Shown: positions 21,133 to 43,041, numbered from the stretch's first letter. The stretch: DNA of 64,000 bases from an uncultured delta proteobacterium (GCA_963789115.1 CAWBJH010000001.1:1225419-1289418), one strand, 5' to 3'. Notes: a model not told the origin generated them from the letters alone. Program-made: numbers and translations.

Positions 21133-21897
21133 TCAGTTTGCCGGCGTCGCCGCCTCCTTGACCGCCGCTGAACCTCGCTCCGGACCGCCGCGCAGCGGCA
21201 CGCCAAGCGCGCGCAACAGGGTTTGCCCCTCGAAGTCGCTGCGCGCGGTACTTACTATCGAGATCGTCAGTCCCTTTACCTTGTCGACCTTGTCGAGCGG
21301 GAGCTCGGCGAAGATCGTATGTTCGCGCAGGCCCAGCGAGTAATTGCCGCGTCCGTCGAAGGCCTTTTCGCTCAGCCCGCGAAAGTCGCGCACGCGGGGC
21401 AGCGCGACGTTGACCAGCCGATCGAGAAATTCGTACATCCGCTCGCGCCGCAGCGTGACCATCGCGCCGATCGGCATTCCCTTGCGCAGCTTGAAATTCG
21501 ATATCGCCTTGCGGGCACGCGTGATCACCGGCTTCTGCCCGCTGATGAGCTTGAGCTCCTCGACCGCCGCGTCGAGCACCTTGACGTTGTCGCGTGCTTC
21601 ATTGAGCGCCATGTTGATGACGATCTTCTCGAGCCGCGGCACGCGGTAGCGATTGTCAATTTTCAGCTCGCGCATCAGGTGCGGCACGATCTCGCCCTCG
21701 TAGCGGATCTTGAGACGCGCCGGCACCTTGGGCTCCGGCTCGAGCGAAGGCGGCGGCGCCGCGGCCTGCGCCTGCTTGGCTGCGCCGCCCTTGGGCGGGC
21801 GCTTGGCCTTGTCCTGCTGGCCCTCGGGTCTTTCGCCCCGAGGCTTGCGGCCCTTTTCCGCCTGAGGCTTGCCGGGCTTTTCAGTCTCGTCCGCCAT
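21133..21897 (-). CDS. rplE: 50S ribosomal protein L5 with ~60-aa Lys/Pro/Ala-rich N-terminal extension
   Basis: The canonical L5 begins at ...[20 protein letters not shown]. Its ATG overlaps the rplX stop by 1 nt (TGATG), supporting translation of the extension. Confidence 0.9.
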   Translation of the reverse strand: MADETEKPGKPQAEKGRKPRGERPEGQQDKAKRPPKGGAAKQAQAAAPPPSLEPEPKVPARLKIRYEGEIVPHLMRELKIDNRYRVPRLEKIVINMALNEARDNVKVLDAAVEELKLISGQKPVITRARKAISNFKLRKGMPIGAMVTLRRERMYEFLDRLVNVALPRVRDFRGLSEKAFDGRGNYSLGLREHTIFAELPLDKVDKVKGLTISIVSTARSDFEGQTLLRALGVPLRGGPERGSAAVKEAATPAN

Positions 21898-22241
21898 CAC
21901 TCGTTCCCTACCGACTCACCGCATCGCCGGCACACCCGGGTCTTGCTCTGGTCGGCTCCGATCTTGGCGCCGATCCGCACCGGCGCGTTGCATCGCTCGC
22001 AAAAGATCATCACGTTGGACAGATCGATCGGCGCCTCGCGCTCGACGATACCGCCCGGGCTGGCCGCGCCGCGCGGGCGCGAGTGGCGCTTGACCACATT
22101 GAGCCGCTCGATCAGCACCCGCCCGGTCTCGGGCACCACCTTGATCACCTTGCCGGTCTTGCCGCGGTCGCGCCCGGCGATCACCATCACCAGGTCGTTC
22201 TTCCTGATCCGCGTTCTGACCTTGGACGCCCGGGCCGCCAT
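21897..22241 (-). CDS. rplX: 50S ribosomal protein L24 (Thermus-like zinc-ribbon C-terminus)
   Basis: [34 protein letters not shown]... The C-terminus reads [32 protein letters not shown] (CxxC...CxxC). Start taken at an internal Met of the track ORF. Confidence 0.9.
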   Translation of the reverse strand: MAARASKVRTRIRKNDLVMVIAGRDRGKTGKVIKVVPETGRVLIERLNVVKRHSRPRGAASPGGIVEREAPIDLSNVMIFCERCNAPVRIGAKIGADQSKTRVCRRCGESVGNE

Positions 22242-22609
22242 CACAGGACCTCCGGCGCGAGCGAAATAATCTTCAAGAAGCGCTTGGCGCGCAGCTCGCG
22301 CGCGACCGGACCGAAAATTCGGGTTCCGATCGGCTCGTGCTGGGTGTCGAGCAGCACGGCCGAGTTGTCGTCGAAGCGGATATAACTGCCGTCGGTGCGG
22401 CTGATCTCGCGCGCCGTGCGCACGATCACCGCATGGGTAACGTCGCCTTTCTTCACCTTGGCGTTGGGAATCGCTTCCTTGACCGACACCACGATCACGT
22501 CGCCGACGGTCGCGTATCTTCGACGCGACCCGCCGAGCACTTTGATGCACTGCACCTTGCGCGCGCCCGAATTATCGGCCACCTCGAGCATCGTCCTGGT
22601 CTGCACCAT
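22241..22609 (-). CDS. rplN: 50S ribosomal protein L14
   Basis: [27 protein letters not shown]... Confidence 0.93.
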   Translation of the reverse strand: MVQTRTMLEVADNSGARKVQCIKVLGGSRRRYATVGDVIVVSVKEAIPNAKVKKGDVTHAVIVRTAREISRTDGSYIRFDDNSAVLLDTQHEPIGTRIFGPVARELRAKRFLKIISLAPEVL

Positions 22610-22623
22610 CGCAATGCTCCCCT

Positions 22624-22878
22624 CTACCGCTCGGCCCGCGCGACCACGCTGCTTACGCGCCAGCGCTTGTGCCGCGAGATCGGCTTCGACTCGGTAATCG
22701 CCACGCGGTCGCCCTGGCGGCACTCTCCTTTTTCATCGTGCGCCATGAAGCGCCTGCTTTGGCGCACGCGCTTGCCGTAAAGCGGATGCTCCACCAGTCG
22801 GTCGACCTGGACCACCACCGTCTTGTTCATCGCGGCGCGGATCACCACGCCTTCTCGACGTTTAACTCGTTGCCGCAT
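22624..22878 (-). CDS. rpsQ: 30S ribosomal protein S17
   Basis: ...[41 protein letters not shown]... The start is ambiguous (22878 or 22917). Confidence 0.88.
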   Translation of the reverse strand: MRQRVKRREGVVIRAAMNKTVVVQVDRLVEHPLYGKRVRQSRRFMAHDEKGECRQGDRVAITESKPISRHKRWRVSSVVARAER

Positions 22879-23101
22879 GGTCAACCCTGGCCGCGCCTGC
22901 CGTCTTGGGCCCTGCACCGCTCTTTTGTCCGATCACGGTCAGAATTCTCGCCAACTCCTTGCGCGCGTGCCGGTAGCTCGACGGATTATCGAGCTGATTG
23001 GTGCGCAGCTTGAGCCGGAGCCGAAACAGCTCCTCGCGCGCCTCGCGCTCCTTGACCCGAAGGTCCTCGGCGTTCATCTCTCTGAGTTCACTAAGCTCCA
23101 A
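22862..23101 (-). CDS. rpmC: 50S ribosomal protein L29
   Basis: [37 protein letters not shown]... Confidence 0.9.
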   Translation of the reverse strand: MELSELREMNAEDLRVKEREAREELFRLRLKLRTNQLDNPSSYRHARKELARILTVIGQKSGAGPKTAGAARVDHAATS

Positions 23102-23516
23102 ACGCCCCTCCCTCGCGCGTCACTACGACGGTCTTGACCGGCAGCTTGTGCGCCGCCAGCCGCATCGCCTCGTTTGCCGTCGCTGCGTCGACGCCTTCCA
23201 TCTCGAACAGGATCCGTCCGGGCCGCACCGCCGCGACCCATCCCTCCGGCGAGCCCTTGCCCTTGCCCATGCGGGTTTCGGCGGGCTTCTTGGTGTAGGG
23301 CTTATCGGGAAAGACCCGGATCCACACTCGGCCGCCGCGCTTGATGTGGCGGGTCAGGGCGATTCGAGCCGCCTCGAGCGCGCGCGTGTCGATTCGTGCA
23401 CTCTCGAGGCTTTTGAGCCCGAAATCCCCGAAGGCCAGCTCGACTCCGCGCGCTTCGATGCCGCGCACGCGGCCCTTCTGAATCTTGCGGTATTTGACTT
23501 TTTTGGGAGCGAGCAT
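23091..23516 (-). CDS. rplP: 50S ribosomal protein L16
   Basis: [19 protein letters not shown]... Confidence 0.95.
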   Translation of the reverse strand: MLAPKKVKYRKIQKGRVRGIEARGVELAFGDFGLKSLESARIDTRALEAARIALTRHIKRGGRVWIRVFPDKPYTKKPAETRMGKGKGSPEGWVAAVRPGRILFEMEGVDAATANEAMRLAAHKLPVKTVVVTREGGAFGA

Positions 23517-23528
23517 CGTGATTGCCGA

Positions 23529-24212
23529 TTACTGCTGATGGGCCTGCATGCCGGTGCGCTTGGCCTCTTCCTCGTGGCGGGTCAGAATCTCACCGCGGAA
23601 GATCCAGACCTTGACTCCGATCACGCCGTAAGTGGTGTGCGCTTCGGCGAATCCAAAGGCAACATCGGCGCGCAGGGTCTGCAAGGGCACCCTTCCCTCG
23701 CGGTACCATTCGCGCCGTGCGATCTCGGCGCCGGCCAAACGTCCGGAGACCTGGACCCTGACCCCCCGCGCCCCCATCCGCATCGCGCGCGTGACCGCCT
23801 CCTTCATCGCGCGGCGGAACGCGACTCGCCGCTCGAGCTGCAACGCGATATTCTCGGCCACCAGTTGCGGGTCGAGGTCAGGACGGCGCACCTCGTGGAT
23901 ATTGATGAAGGCTTCCTTGCTCTTCATCAGCTTTTGGATGTCGGTCTTGAGCTTGTCGATCTCGACGCCCTTCTTGCCGATCACGATCCCGGGACGCGCG
24001 GTATGGATATTGATCTTGGCCTTTTGCGCCATCCGCTCGATTTCGATCTTGGAAATACCCGCGTGATGGAGGCGATTCTTGATGAAAGCACGCAGGGCGA
24101 TATCCTCGTGGAGCAGGTCCGCGTAGCCGTGGTTCCTGGCCGCGTACCACTTCGAATCCCAGCTCTCGATTATTCCCAGCCGCAGGCCTCGCGGATGTGC
24201 CTTCTGTCCCAT
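23529..24212 (-). CDS. rpsC: 30S ribosomal protein S3
   Basis: [24 protein letters not shown]... includes a KH domain. Confidence 0.95.
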   Translation of the reverse strand: MGQKAHPRGLRLGIIESWDSKWYAARNHGYADLLHEDIALRAFIKNRLHHAGISKIEIERMAQKAKINIHTARPGIVIGKKGVEIDKLKTDIQKLMKSKEAFINIHEVRRPDLDPQLVAENIALQLERRVAFRRAMKEAVTRAMRMGARGVRVQVSGRLAGAEIARREWYREGRVPLQTLRADVAFGFAEAHTTYGVIGVKVWIFRGEILTRHEEEAKRTGMQAHQQ

Positions 24213-24219
24213 AGGGCTC

Positions 24220-24585
24220 CTATGCCGCGCGCTCGTCGATCACGACCGTCAGATGGGTGGTACGCTTCAGAATCGGCGTGACGTTCATGCGCGCCCGCGG
24301 CATCGAGCGCTTGACGGTCGGTCCGGTGTCGGCCGCCGCCTTCTTCACGTACAGCCGGTCCTCATCGACGTTCTGCTGATTGCGGGCGTTGGCCACCGCC
24401 GCGAGCACCGCCTTGGTCAGGATCTTCGCTCCCTTTTTGGGCGTGAACTCGAGGATCGAAAGCGCCTCATCGACGCGTTTGCCCTTGACCAGATCGCACA
24501 CCAGGCGCATCTTGCGCGGCGAGATCCTGATGAACCTGGTTCTGGCTATCGCTTCCATCGCATCACGCCATATTCTCTCGATCAC
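24220..24585 (-). CDS. rplV: 50S ribosomal protein L22
   Basis: ...[32 protein letters not shown]... Confidence 0.93.
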   Translation of the reverse strand: MIERIWRDAMEAIARTRFIRISPRKMRLVCDLVKGKRVDEALSILEFTPKKGAKILTKAVLAAVANARNQQNVDEDRLYVKKAAADTGPTVKRSMPRARMNVTPILKRTTHLTVVIDERAA

Positions 24586-24947
24586 GCCCTGCCCGCTTTG
24601 GGAGTAGCCGGAGCTGCAGCGGCAGCCGCAGGCGCGGCGGCCGCCGGCGCCGCCGCAGGCGCTGCGCCGCCCTTGATTTCGCCCTTGCGCTCGCCCGAAT
24701 GGCCGTGAAAGGTGCGCGTGGGCGAGAACTCGCCGAGCTTGTGACCGACATTGTTCTCGGTGCAGTAGACCGGGATGAACTTGCGACCGTTGTGCACCGC
24801 GAAGGTCAGCCCCACCATCTCGGGCAGGACCGTCGAGCGGCGCGACCAGGTCCTGATAATCCGCTTCTCGCCCGAGGCGTTGGCCGCTTTCATTTTCTTG
24901 GCCACATGCTGATCGACGAACGGACCTTTTTTTAGCGATCTCGGCAT
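24582..24947 (-). CDS. rpsS: 30S ribosomal protein S19 with Pro/Ala-rich C-terminal extension
   Basis: [19 protein letters not shown]...[24 protein letters not shown]... is followed by a [29 protein letters not shown] tail. Confidence 0.93.
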   Translation of the reverse strand: MPRSLKKGPFVDQHVAKKMKAANASGEKRIIRTWSRRSTVLPEMVGLTFAVHNGRKFIPVYCTENNVGHKLGEFSPTRTFHGHSGERKGEIKGGAAPAAAPAAAAPAAAAAAPATPKAGRA

Positions 24948-24953
24948 CGCAGT

Positions 24954-25787
24954 TTAGCCTCGTTTACCCCGCGGGCGGCGGCTCACGATGTAGCGATCGG
25001 AGTGCTTCTTACCGCGCGTCTTGTAACCCTTGGCCGGCATGCCCCACGGCGACTGCGGATGGTTGCCCTTGGAGCGGCCCTCCCCGCCGCCGTGCGGATG
25101 GTCGACCGGATTCATCGCCATCCCGCGCACGTGCGGACGCTTGCCCAGATGGCGGCTGCGCCCGGCCTTGCCGATCGAGATGTTCCCGTGATCGACGTTG
25201 CCGACCTGTCCCACCGTAGCGCGGCACTCGGCCAGCACCATCCGCTGCTCGCCGGAAGGCAGCTTGAGCAGCGCGAACTTTCCCTCCTTGGCCATCAACT
25301 GCGCCATCGCGCCAGCGCCGCGCGCCAACTGCGCACCGGCGCCCGGCTTGAGCTCGACCGCATGGACCATCGTGCCGAGCGGGATGTTTCTCAGAACCAG
25401 CGCGTTGCCCGGCTTGATATCGGCCTGCGGACCAGACTCGACCCGGTCACCGTGCTTGAGCCCCTCGGGCGCGATGATGTAGCGCTTGTCGCCGTCGGCG
25501 TAATGCAGCAGTGCGACGTTCGCCGAGCGGTTGGGATCGTACTCCAGCGCCGCGACCACGGCCGGTACGCCGTCCTTGTCGCGCTTGAAATCGATTATCC
25601 GCAGGCGGCGCTTATGCCCGCCCCCGCGATGGCGCGAGGTCATCCGGCCCTGCTTGTTACGCCCGCCCGAGCTCGGGAGCGGGGCGAGTAGCCGCTTCTC
25701 GGGCGGCTTGTCGGAAAGCTCGCTGAAATCCGCGACCTGCGTGAAGCGCTGGCCCGGAGTGCGCGGATTTAGCTGAATCACTGCCAT
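24954..25787 (-). CDS. rplB: 50S ribosomal protein L2
   Basis: 277 aa: ...[19 protein letters not shown]... Confidence 0.95.
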   Translation of the reverse strand: MAVIQLNPRTPGQRFTQVADFSELSDKPPEKRLLAPLPSSGGRNKQGRMTSRHRGGGHKRRLRIIDFKRDKDGVPAVVAALEYDPNRSANVALLHYADGDKRYIIAPEGLKHGDRVESGPQADIKPGNALVLRNIPLGTMVHAVELKPGAGAQLARGAGAMAQLMAKEGKFALLKLPSGEQRMVLAECRATVGQVGNVDHGNISIGKAGRSRHLGKRPHVRGMAMNPVDHPHGGGEGRSKGNHPQSPWGMPAKGYKTRGKKHSDRYIVSRRPRGKRG

Positions 25788-25800
25788 CGCGAATTACCTG

Positions 25801-26088
25801 TCAGACACCCTCGAAGAATTCGATCCGTTGGCCGGCTTTGAGCGTGACGTAAGCCTTCTTCCAGTTGGGACGCACGCCCTTGATGCGGCCGCGGACGCGC
25901 TTCTTGCCCAGGAAGTTGGCGGTGCGAACTTTCAGCACCTCGACCTTGAACAGCTCCTCGATCGCCTGGCGAATCGCGCCCTTGCTCGCCTCGCGCCGCA
26001 CGCGGAACACCGCCTGGTTGGCCTTCTCGGAAGCGGCGGTGCCCTTCTCCGTGATACAGGGACCGAGAATCAGGCTCTCCTGGTTCAT
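25801..26088 (-). CDS. rplW: 50S ribosomal protein L23
   Basis: 95 aa. Position and composition fit the S10 operon order. Confidence 0.9.
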   Translation of the reverse strand: MNQESLILGPCITEKGTAASEKANQAVFRVRREASKGAIRQAIEELFKVEVLKVRTANFLGKKRVRGRIKGVRPNWKKAYVTLKAGQRIEFFEGV

Positions 26089-26747
26089 CGCAGGGAGCCT
26101 CCCAGCCGCTGCTCGAGCGCGTGCGCCGACTTGGTGGTCATGAGCATTTCGCCGTAGTTCAGCACGTCGTAGACGTTGAGTCCGCTCAGCGCGAGCACCT
26201 TATGCGCGGCGAGATTGCGCGCCGCGCGGGCAAAGCCCTGGTCGCCTTCGCCGATCAGGATCAACGCATGCGCCAGTCCCAGCGAATCGAGCAGGGCCTT
26301 GGCGGCCTTGGTCTTGAGCTCCGGCATCTCCAGCGATTCGATTACCTTGATCTTGCCGTTGCGCGCCCGATCCGAAATCGCCAGGCACAGCGCCTGCCGC
26401 CAAGCCTTCCTCGGCATCTTGTAGGAATAGTCACGCGGCTGAGGGCCGAAGATGGTTCCGCCATGACGCCACAGCGGAGAACGCGTCGAGCCGGCGCGCG
26501 CGCGTCCGGTTCCCTTCTGGCGCCAGGGCTTGCGCCCGCCGCCGGAAATCAGCCCGCGGGTCTTGGTCGCAGCCGTCCCGGCACGGCGGTTGGCGAGCTG
26601 CATCCTGACCGCCTCGTGCAGAAGCGATTCCCCGCCGCTGCGTCCGAACACGCTGGCCGACACCTCGAGCTCGCCGACCTGCTCGCGCTTGGCCGAGTAG
26701 AGCGGGAGTTTCACGGCCGCCGCCGATTGGACCTGCGCTTCAGCCAT
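26085..26747 (-). CDS. rplD: 50S ribosomal protein L4
   Basis: 220 aa. ...[29 protein letters not shown]... L4 loop signature. Confidence 0.95.
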   Translation of the reverse strand: MAEAQVQSAAAVKLPLYSAKREQVGELEVSASVFGRSGGESLLHEAVRMQLANRRAGTAATKTRGLISGGGRKPWRQKGTGRARAGSTRSPLWRHGGTIFGPQPRDYSYKMPRKAWRQALCLAISDRARNGKIKVIESLEMPELKTKAAKALLDSLGLAHALILIGEGDQGFARAARNLAAHKVLALSGLNVYDVLNYGEMLMTTKSAHALEQRLGGSLR

Positions 26748-27408
26748 TGGCGACTACCTGCGCCCTGCGACGCGGCTTGCCCGCGTGGGTTACCACCACG
26801 GTGCAGCCGTCGGCCCCCGGCAGCGCCCCGCCGATCACGATCGCGCTGTCCTCGGGCATCACCTCAACCACTTCGAGGTTGAGCACCGTCGCGGTCTCGT
26901 TGCCCATCTGACCGGCCATCCTCATCCCCTTGCGCACGCGGCCGGGGTATGAGCGGTTGCCGATAGCGCCACCGTGGCGGAAGTACTCATGCGTGCCGCG
27001 CGCCATGGGAAAGCCGGCAAAGTGATGGCGCTTGATAACGCCGGCGTAGCCGCGGCCCTTCGAGGTGCCGGTCACGTCCACCACGTCGCCGGGCTGGAAC
27101 ACGTCCGTCAGCGCCACGGTCTGCCCAAGCTTGAGCTCGCCCTGCTCACCACGGCCTGAGAATTCGTGGGTTGCGACGCCGGCCGCCACGTTGCTCGCGG
27201 CAAAATGGCCGCGCTCGGCGCGCGTCACGCGCGAGAGTTTCTTCTTGCCGAAGGTCACCTGCACGGCCTCATAGCCGTCGGTCGCCGCGGTTTTGAGCTG
27301 GGTAACCGTGCACGGCCCGAGCTGGACCACCGTCACCGCGCGCACCCTTCCGGCGGCGTCGGTAACCTGCGTCATCCCCAGTTTCTTTCCGATCAGTCCG
27401 CTCAGCAC
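26740..27408 (-). CDS. rplC: 50S ribosomal protein L3
   Basis: MLSGLIGKKLGMTQV... Confidence 0.95.
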   Translation of the reverse strand: MLSGLIGKKLGMTQVTDAAGRVRAVTVVQLGPCTVTQLKTAATDGYEAVQVTFGKKKLSRVTRAERGHFAASNVAAGVATHEFSGRGEQGELKLGQTVALTDVFQPGDVVDVTGTSKGRGYAGVIKRHHFAGFPMARGTHEYFRHGGAIGNRSYPGRVRKGMRMAGQMGNETATVLNLEVVEVMPEDSAIVIGGALPGADGCTVVVTHAGKPRRRAQVVANG

Positions 27409-27419
27409 GCCGCGCGCCC

Positions 27420-27740
27420 CTACTCGAGTTTGATTTCCACGTCCACGCCGGCCGCCAAGTCGAGCTTGCCGAGCGCGTCGATGGTCTGTTGAGTGGGTTC
27501 GAGCACGTCGAGGAGGCGCTTGTGGGTGCGAATCTCGAAATGCTCGCGGGACTTCTTGTCCACGTGCGGCGAGCGATTAACCGTGAAGCGCTCGATGCGG
27601 GTCGGCAGCGGAATCGGGCCGGCCACCCGGCCGCCGGTGCGGCGGATAGTGTCGACGATTTCGCGCACCGACTGATCGAGCAGGCGGTAGTCATAGGCTT
27701 TGAGCCTGATCCTGATCTTTTCGTTTACCCTGTTGGCCAC
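27420..27740 (-). CDS. rpsJ: 30S ribosomal protein S10
   Basis: ...[23 protein letters not shown]... Confidence 0.95.
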   Translation of the reverse strand: MANRVNEKIRIRLKAYDYRLLDQSVREIVDTIRRTGGRVAGPIPLPTRIERFTVNRSPHVDKKSREHFEIRTHKRLLDVLEPTQQTIDALGKLDLAAGVDVEIKLE

Positions 27741-27778
27741 GACTCCCGCTCGCTCCCTCGATATCTGTGTCTGGTTGC

Positions 27779-28978
<1,200 letters not shown>

Positions 28979-29086
28979 GGTCTTCTCCTGAGTTAGGACC
29001 CTTCCTTGACTTGCCCCGTTTTCATCCCGGGTGCGGGTACCATCGATAAACCGATATCGCCTCGCGAGCCTGCTTTGCGCACCCGC

Positions 29087-31181
29087 CTACGCTCTGGCCC
29101 GCGACTCGGCGCCATCGCCCTCGCGTGCCGTTAGTTCCTCGAAAATCTGCTGCGGCACCGGCTCGTAGGCCGCGAACTGCATGGAGTAGGTCGCCCGCCC
29201 CTGCGTGACCGAGCGCAACTTGGTCGCGTAGCCGAACATGGTGGCCAGCGGCACGCGCGCCTCGATCACCTGGGCGCCGGCGCGGGTCTCGAGGTCCAGG
29301 ATCCGGCCGCGCCGCGCGCGGAGATCGCCGATCACGTCGCCCATGAACTCCTGCGGCGTCACGACCTCAACGTCCATCACCGGCTCGAGCAGCACCGCGT
29401 CGGCCTTCTCGGCGGCCTCGCGGAACGCGAGTGAGCCGGCGATTTTGAAAGCGAGCTCGGAGGAATCGACTTCGTGAAACTTGCCGTCGAGCAGCGTCGC
29501 CCTGATGTCCACCATCGGGTAGCCCGCCAGCACGCCGGCTGAATTCGCCTCGACCACGCCGCGCTCGACCGAAGGAATGAACTGGCGCGGGATCGATCCG
29601 CCCTTGGTGGCGTCCACGAACTCGAAACCGGCGCCCTTGCCGAGCGGCTCGATCCTCAGATCGACCACGCCGAATTGGCCGTGACCGCCGCTTTGCCGCA
29701 CGAAGCGTCCTTCGGCCTCGGCCGGGCGGCGGATGGTCTCGCGATAGGCCACCTGCGGCTTGCCGACGCCGGCGTCGACTTTGAATTCGCGCAGCAGCCG
29801 GTCCACGATAATCTCCAGATGCAGCTCGCCCATCCCGGAGATCAGCGTCTGCCCGGTCTCGCGGTCGACGCTCACGCGGAACGAGGGGTCTTCCTTGGCG
29901 AGCTTGTTCAGCGAATCGCCCAGCTTCTCCTGGTCGGCCTTGGTCTTGGGTTCGATTGCGATCTGGATTACCGGCTCGGGAAACTCGATGGATTCGAGCA
30001 CGATCGGATGCGCGGGGTCGCACAGCGTATCGCCGGTGGTCGTGTCGCGAAGTCCGACCGCGCAGATATCGCCGGCGAACACCTCCGAAATCTCTTCGCG
30101 CTTGTTGGCGTGCATCTTTACCAGCCGACCGATCCGTTCGCGCTTGCCCCTGGTCGAGTTGAGGACCGACGAGCCGCTTTCCAGCCGCCCCGAGTAGACC
30201 CTCAGGAAGGTGAGCGTCCCGATATACGGATCGCTCATGATCTTGAACGCGAGCGCCGAGAACGGCGCGTCGTCGCGCGGCCATCGCTCTTCCAATTTGT
30301 CGCCGACCTTGCCCATGACCGGCGGAATATCCAGCGGCGAGGGCAGGTAGTCAACCACCGCGTCCAGCATCGGCTGCACGCCCTTGTTGCGGAACGCGGA
30401 GCCGAGCAGCACCGGCACCAGTTGCAGCTTGAGCGTGGCGGTGCGGATCGCCGACTTGATCGTCGCGACGTTCGGGGCGCTTGCCCTCCAGGAACAGCTC
30501 CATGATCCGCTCGTCGTGGTCGGCCAGAGTTTCGATCATCTTGTCGCGGTAGGCGGTCGCCTGCTCCTGCAGCTCAGGCGCAATCGGCTCGACCGTGAAG
30601 CTCGCGCCCAGCACATCGCTGTCCCAGATCACCTGGCGCTGTTCGACCAGGTCGATCACGCCGCGGAACTTGTCTTCGGCGCCGATCGGAAGCTGGATCA
30701 GCAGGGGCTTGGCCTTGAGCTTCTCGCGGATCTCGCTCACCACGCGCTCGAAATCGGCACCCACGCGATCCATCTTGTTGATGAAAGCGATGCGCGGGAC
30801 GCTATACTTGTCGGCCTGGCGCCACACGGTCTCGGATTGCGGCTCCACCCCGCCCACCGCGCAGAACAGCGCCACCGCGCTGTCCAGCACGCGCAGGCTT
30901 CGTTCGACTTCGATCGTGAAGTCGACGTGGCCCGGGGTATCGATGATGTTAATCCGGTGATCGCGCCAGAAGCAGGTGGTGGCGGCCGAGGTGATGGTGA
31001 TGCCTCGCTCCTGCTCCTGCACCATCCAGTCCATGGTGGCAGTGCCTTCGTGCACCTCACCGAGCTTGTAGGTGATGCCGGTGTAGTAGAGCACCCGTTC
31101 GGTGGCGGTGGTCTTGCCGGCATCGATGTGGGCCATGATGCCGATGTTGCGCACCCGTTCTATGGGAGTCTGACGAGCCAT
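29087..31181 (-). CDS. fusA: Elongation factor G, split into two ORFs by an apparent +1 frameshift (~30466-30469, G4 run)
   Basis: The N-terminal ORF (30351-31181) matches EF-G through ...LFLEGKRP, then reads out of frame. The C-terminal ORF (29087-30418) resumes with ...[29 protein letters not shown]. Removing one G restores the colinear protein. Confidence 0.9.
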
Positions 31182-31199
31182 CCGAAACTCTTCGGTGTT

Positions 31200-31670
<471 letters not shown>

Positions 31671-31674
31671 AATT

Positions 31675-32046
31675 CTACTTGGGCTTCTTGGACCCGTACT
31701 TCGAGCGGCCTTGGCGCCGCTCCTGTACGCCGATCGAATCCAGCGTGCCGCGGATTACGTGGTAGCGCACGCCGGGCAAATCCTTGACGCGGCCGCCACG
31801 AATCAGCACCACCGAATGCTCCTGCAGATTGTGGCCGACACCGGGGATATATGTGGTCACTTCGTAACCGTTGGAAAGTCGCACGCGGGCCACCTTGCGC
31901 AAGGCCGAGTTGGGCTTCTTGGGCGTGGTGGTCTTCACCTGCGTGCAGACGCCCCGCTTCTGGGGCGAACCCTGCAGGGCCGGAGCGCTGGTCTTGTAGC
32001 GCTTCTTTTCGCGCGCCCCGCGTATGAGCTGGTTGATGGTCGGCAC
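31675..32046 (-). CDS. rpsL: 30S ribosomal protein S12
   Basis: [15 protein letters not shown]...[19 protein letters not shown]... Confidence 0.95.
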   Translation of the reverse strand: MPTINQLIRGAREKKRYKTSAPALQGSPQKRGVCTQVKTTTPKKPNSALRKVARVRLSNGYEVTTYIPGVGHNLQEHSVVLIRGGRVKDLPGVRYHVIRGTLDSIGVQERRQGRSKYGSKKPK

Positions 32047-32188
32047 CTTACGACTTCACTTCTCTCGCGAACCCGCCCCGCTTCCCGCATCGAACGGATA
32101 CAACTGGGCAGGTGCGCAAATAAACCCCCCAAGGGCCATAAGCGCCCTTGGGGGAATCGTTAATACTAATGGGCAGGTTCCCACCCTG

Positions 32189-36458
<4,270 letters not shown>

Positions 36459-36478
36459 TTATCTCCCTGGATCCCGCG

Positions 36479-40618
<4,140 letters not shown>

Positions 40619-40784
40619 GCGCTGCGCGCCGTGATGTATTCGCAGTCATGGCGCGAGACGGTCCGCCTCGCGCCGCGGAATTTTCCTGCTCCGCGCGCAC
40701 CAACTCCGGCGGGCGCCTTAGGGCCGCCCGCGCCAGTCCCGATCTGCGTCGAAAGACGCGTAGCCGTAAGCCGCCGCGCCGCCT

Positions 40785-41171
40785 TTATTTGAGCTCGGCC
40801 GAGCCGCCCGCGTCGACCAGCTTCTTCTTGATCTCCTCGGCCTCGGCCTTGTTTACCCCTTCCTTGACCGGCTTGGGCACCCCGTCGACTAGGTCCTTGG
40901 CTTCCTTGAGTCCCAGTCCGGTCAGCTCGCGCACCACCTTGATCACCTGGATCTTCTTGTCGCCCGATCCGGTCAGCACGACCGTGAACTCGTCCTTCTC
41001 GGGCACCGCGGCTGCGGCGCCACCCGCCGCAGCAGCGGCCACCGCGACCGGCGCCGCCGCCGACACCCCGAGCTCCTGCTCAAGTTCCTTCACCAACGCC
41101 GCCGCGTCCATCAGGCTCATGTTCTTGAGGTATTCCTTGACCTGGTCGCGGCTGACCTGTGCTTCTTCCAT
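40785..41171 (-). CDS. rplL: 50S ribosomal protein L7/L12
   Basis: 128 aa with an Ala-rich hinge and the C-terminal ...[13 protein letters not shown]... domain. Confidence 0.95.
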   Translation of the reverse strand: MEEAQVSRDQVKEYLKNMSLMDAAALVKELEQELGVSAAAPVAVAAAAAGGAAAAVPEKDEFTVVLTGSGDKKIQVIKVVRELTGLGLKEAKDLVDGVPKPVKEGVNKAEAEEIKKKLVDAGGSAELK

Positions 41172-41249
41172 TTTGATTTCTCTCCTTGTGCTCGCGTCGG
41201 AACCGGCAAGGATGTGGGAGCGCCCCCGCGATTCCGTCAGATTCCGTGC

Positions 41250-41792
41250 TTAATCGCCCGCCTCAGGCGGTGCGCTTTCTGCTTTTTTCTTCCCGATTGC
41301 GTCGATCAGCCGCGCCAGCGCCGAGGCCGGCTCGTTGAGCAGCCGCACCAGCCGCGTGGCCGGCGCCTGAATCAACCCGAGCAGTTGCGAGAGCACCACC
41401 TCGCGCGGCGGCAGCATCGCCAGCGCCTGGATTTCTTCGCCGCTCAGCAACTTGCCGTCGAGCACCCCGGCGCGAAGCTTGAACTTGTCGCCCAGCTCGC
41501 GCAGGGAGGTCGCCGCCTTGGCCAGCGCCACCGGATCGTCGAAGCTCAGGATCAACCCCACCGGGCCGCCCAGCTTCTCCGCGATCGACTCGAACCTGGT
41601 GTCCTTGACCGCGCGCCGGATGAGCGTGTTCTTCGCCACCCGCAACTCGCCCCGCGCCACGCGCAGCCGGCGCCTGAGCTCGGTCGATTCGGCGGCAGTC
41701 ATCCCGCGGTACTCCGACACGATAGCCATGTTGGCGCGCCTGAGGCCCTCGCCCAGACTTTCGACCACCGCAGTCTTTTCGCTCTTCCTCAT
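41250..41792 (-). CDS. rplJ: 50S ribosomal protein L10
   Basis: 180 aa, in the canonical position between rplA and rplL. Confidence 0.92.
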   Translation of the reverse strand: MRKSEKTAVVESLGEGLRRANMAIVSEYRGMTAAESTELRRRLRVARGELRVAKNTLIRRAVKDTRFESIAEKLGGPVGLILSFDDPVALAKAATSLRELGDKFKLRAGVLDGKLLSGEEIQALAMLPPREVVLSQLLGLIQAPATRLVRLLNEPASALARLIDAIGKKKAESAPPEAGD

Positions 41793-41817
41793 CTCGGTCC
41801 CCGCACAGTCGGTTCCC

Positions 41818-42528
41818 TCACGCCGCGACCGCCAGCACTCGCGCCTGGCCGGGATCGACCTTGACCCCGGGTCCCATCGTGGACGACAGCGCGATGCTCT
41901 TTACGTAATTGCCCTTGGCGCTGGCGGGCTTGGCGCGCACGATCGCGCCCAGCAGGGCGTGCGCATTCTCGATCAGTTTCTGGTCGCCGAAGCTGATTTT
42001 CCCGATCGGTGCGTGAATCACCCCCGCCTTGTCCACGCGGTAGTCAACCTTGCCGGCCTTGACCTCGGCCACCGCCTTGGCGACGTCGAAGGTCACCGTG
42101 CCGACCTTGGGATTCGGCATCAGCCCGCGCGGTCCGAGGATTTTGCCGATCCGGCCGACCGCACCCATGATATCCGGGGTCGCGATCACGCGGTCGAACT
42201 CCAGCCAGTTCTCCTCCTGGATCTTCTTGATCAGCTCCTCGCCACCGGCAAAATCGGCCCCCGCCTCGCGCGCCTCCTTCTCCTTCTCACCCTTGGCCAA
42301 CACCAGTACCCGCGCCACCCTGCCGGTGCCGTTGGGCAGCACCACCGTGCCGCGCACGTTCTGGTCGGCTTGGCGTGGATCGACGTTCAGCCGCACCGCC
42401 ATCTCGACCGTCTCGTCGAACTTGGCGAGCTTGTTGGCGACCACGACCCCGATCGCCTCTTCCAGTGAGTAGCGCTTCTCGCGATCGATCTTCTTTAGCG
42501 CTTCGAGATACTTCTTGCCTGCCATCAC
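41818..42528 (-). CDS. rplA: 50S ribosomal protein L1
   Basis: 236 aa: ...[22 protein letters not shown]... Confidence 0.95.
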   Translation of the reverse strand: MMAGKKYLEALKKIDREKRYSLEEAIGVVVANKLAKFDETVEMAVRLNVDPRQADQNVRGTVVLPNGTGRVARVLVLAKGEKEKEAREAGADFAGGEELIKKIQEENWLEFDRVIATPDIMGAVGRIGKILGPRGLMPNPKVGTVTFDVAKAVAEVKAGKVDYRVDKAGVIHAPIGKISFGDQKLIENAHALLGAIVRAKPASAKGNYVKSIALSSTMGPGVKVDPGQARVLAVAA

Positions 42529-42531
42529 CGG

Positions 42532-42957
42532 CTACCCCACGACTTCGATCCCCATCGAACGGGCCGTACCTTCTATCGTCCGGCACGCCGCATGGAGGTC
42601 CTTGGCGGTCAGGTCCTTGACCTTGGTCTTGGCGATCTCCTCGACTTGCGCACGCGTCACCTTGCCGACCTTGTTCTTGCTCGCGCTCGGCGAACCTTTC
42701 TCCAGTCCCGCTGCCTTGAGCAGCAGGATCGACGCGGGCGGGCTCTTGGTGATGAAGGTGAAAGAGCGGTCGGCGTAGACCGTGACGATCACCGGGATCA
42801 GAAGCCCGGCCATCGGCTGGGTCTGCGCGTTGAAGGCCTTGCAGAACTCCATGATATTGACTCCGCGCTGCCCGAGCGCGGGCCCTACCGGCGGCGACGG
42901 GTTTGCCGCCCCGGCCGGAATCTGCAGCTTGATCTGCGCAACGACTTTCTTGGCCAC
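42532..42957 (-). CDS. rplK: 50S ribosomal protein L11
   Basis: ...[43 protein letters not shown]... The start is probably GTG at ~42957. The track ORF is N-terminally over-extended. Confidence 0.9.
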   Translation of the reverse strand: MAKKVVAQIKLQIPAGAANPSPPVGPALGQRGVNIMEFCKAFNAQTQPMAGLLIPVIVTVYADRSFTFITKSPPASILLLKAAGLEKGSPSASKNKVGKVTRAQVEEIAKTKVKDLTAKDLHAACRTIEGTARSMGIEVVG

Positions 42958-43041
42958 CTGTCTCGAACCCCGCTCGCGCTGCTTGCCCTTCTCGTCTCCC
43001 GCAAACGGGGAGATGATCAAGGAAGTCGGCAGCTCTATTCC

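Noticed and set aside
30351-30480. Programmed ribosomal frameshifting as the explanation for split fusA, rpoC, engB and secA
   Set aside because: Four independent single-nt shifts in unrelated essential genes, at least one in a homopolymer, with no slippery heptamer or stimulatory structure, are far more parsimoniously explained by assembly indel errors.
41792-41818. Expected L10(L12)4-binding leader upstream of rplJ
   Set aside because: The rplA-rplJ gap is only ~25 nt here, which is too short for the E. coli-type rplJ leader structure. No feature is called.
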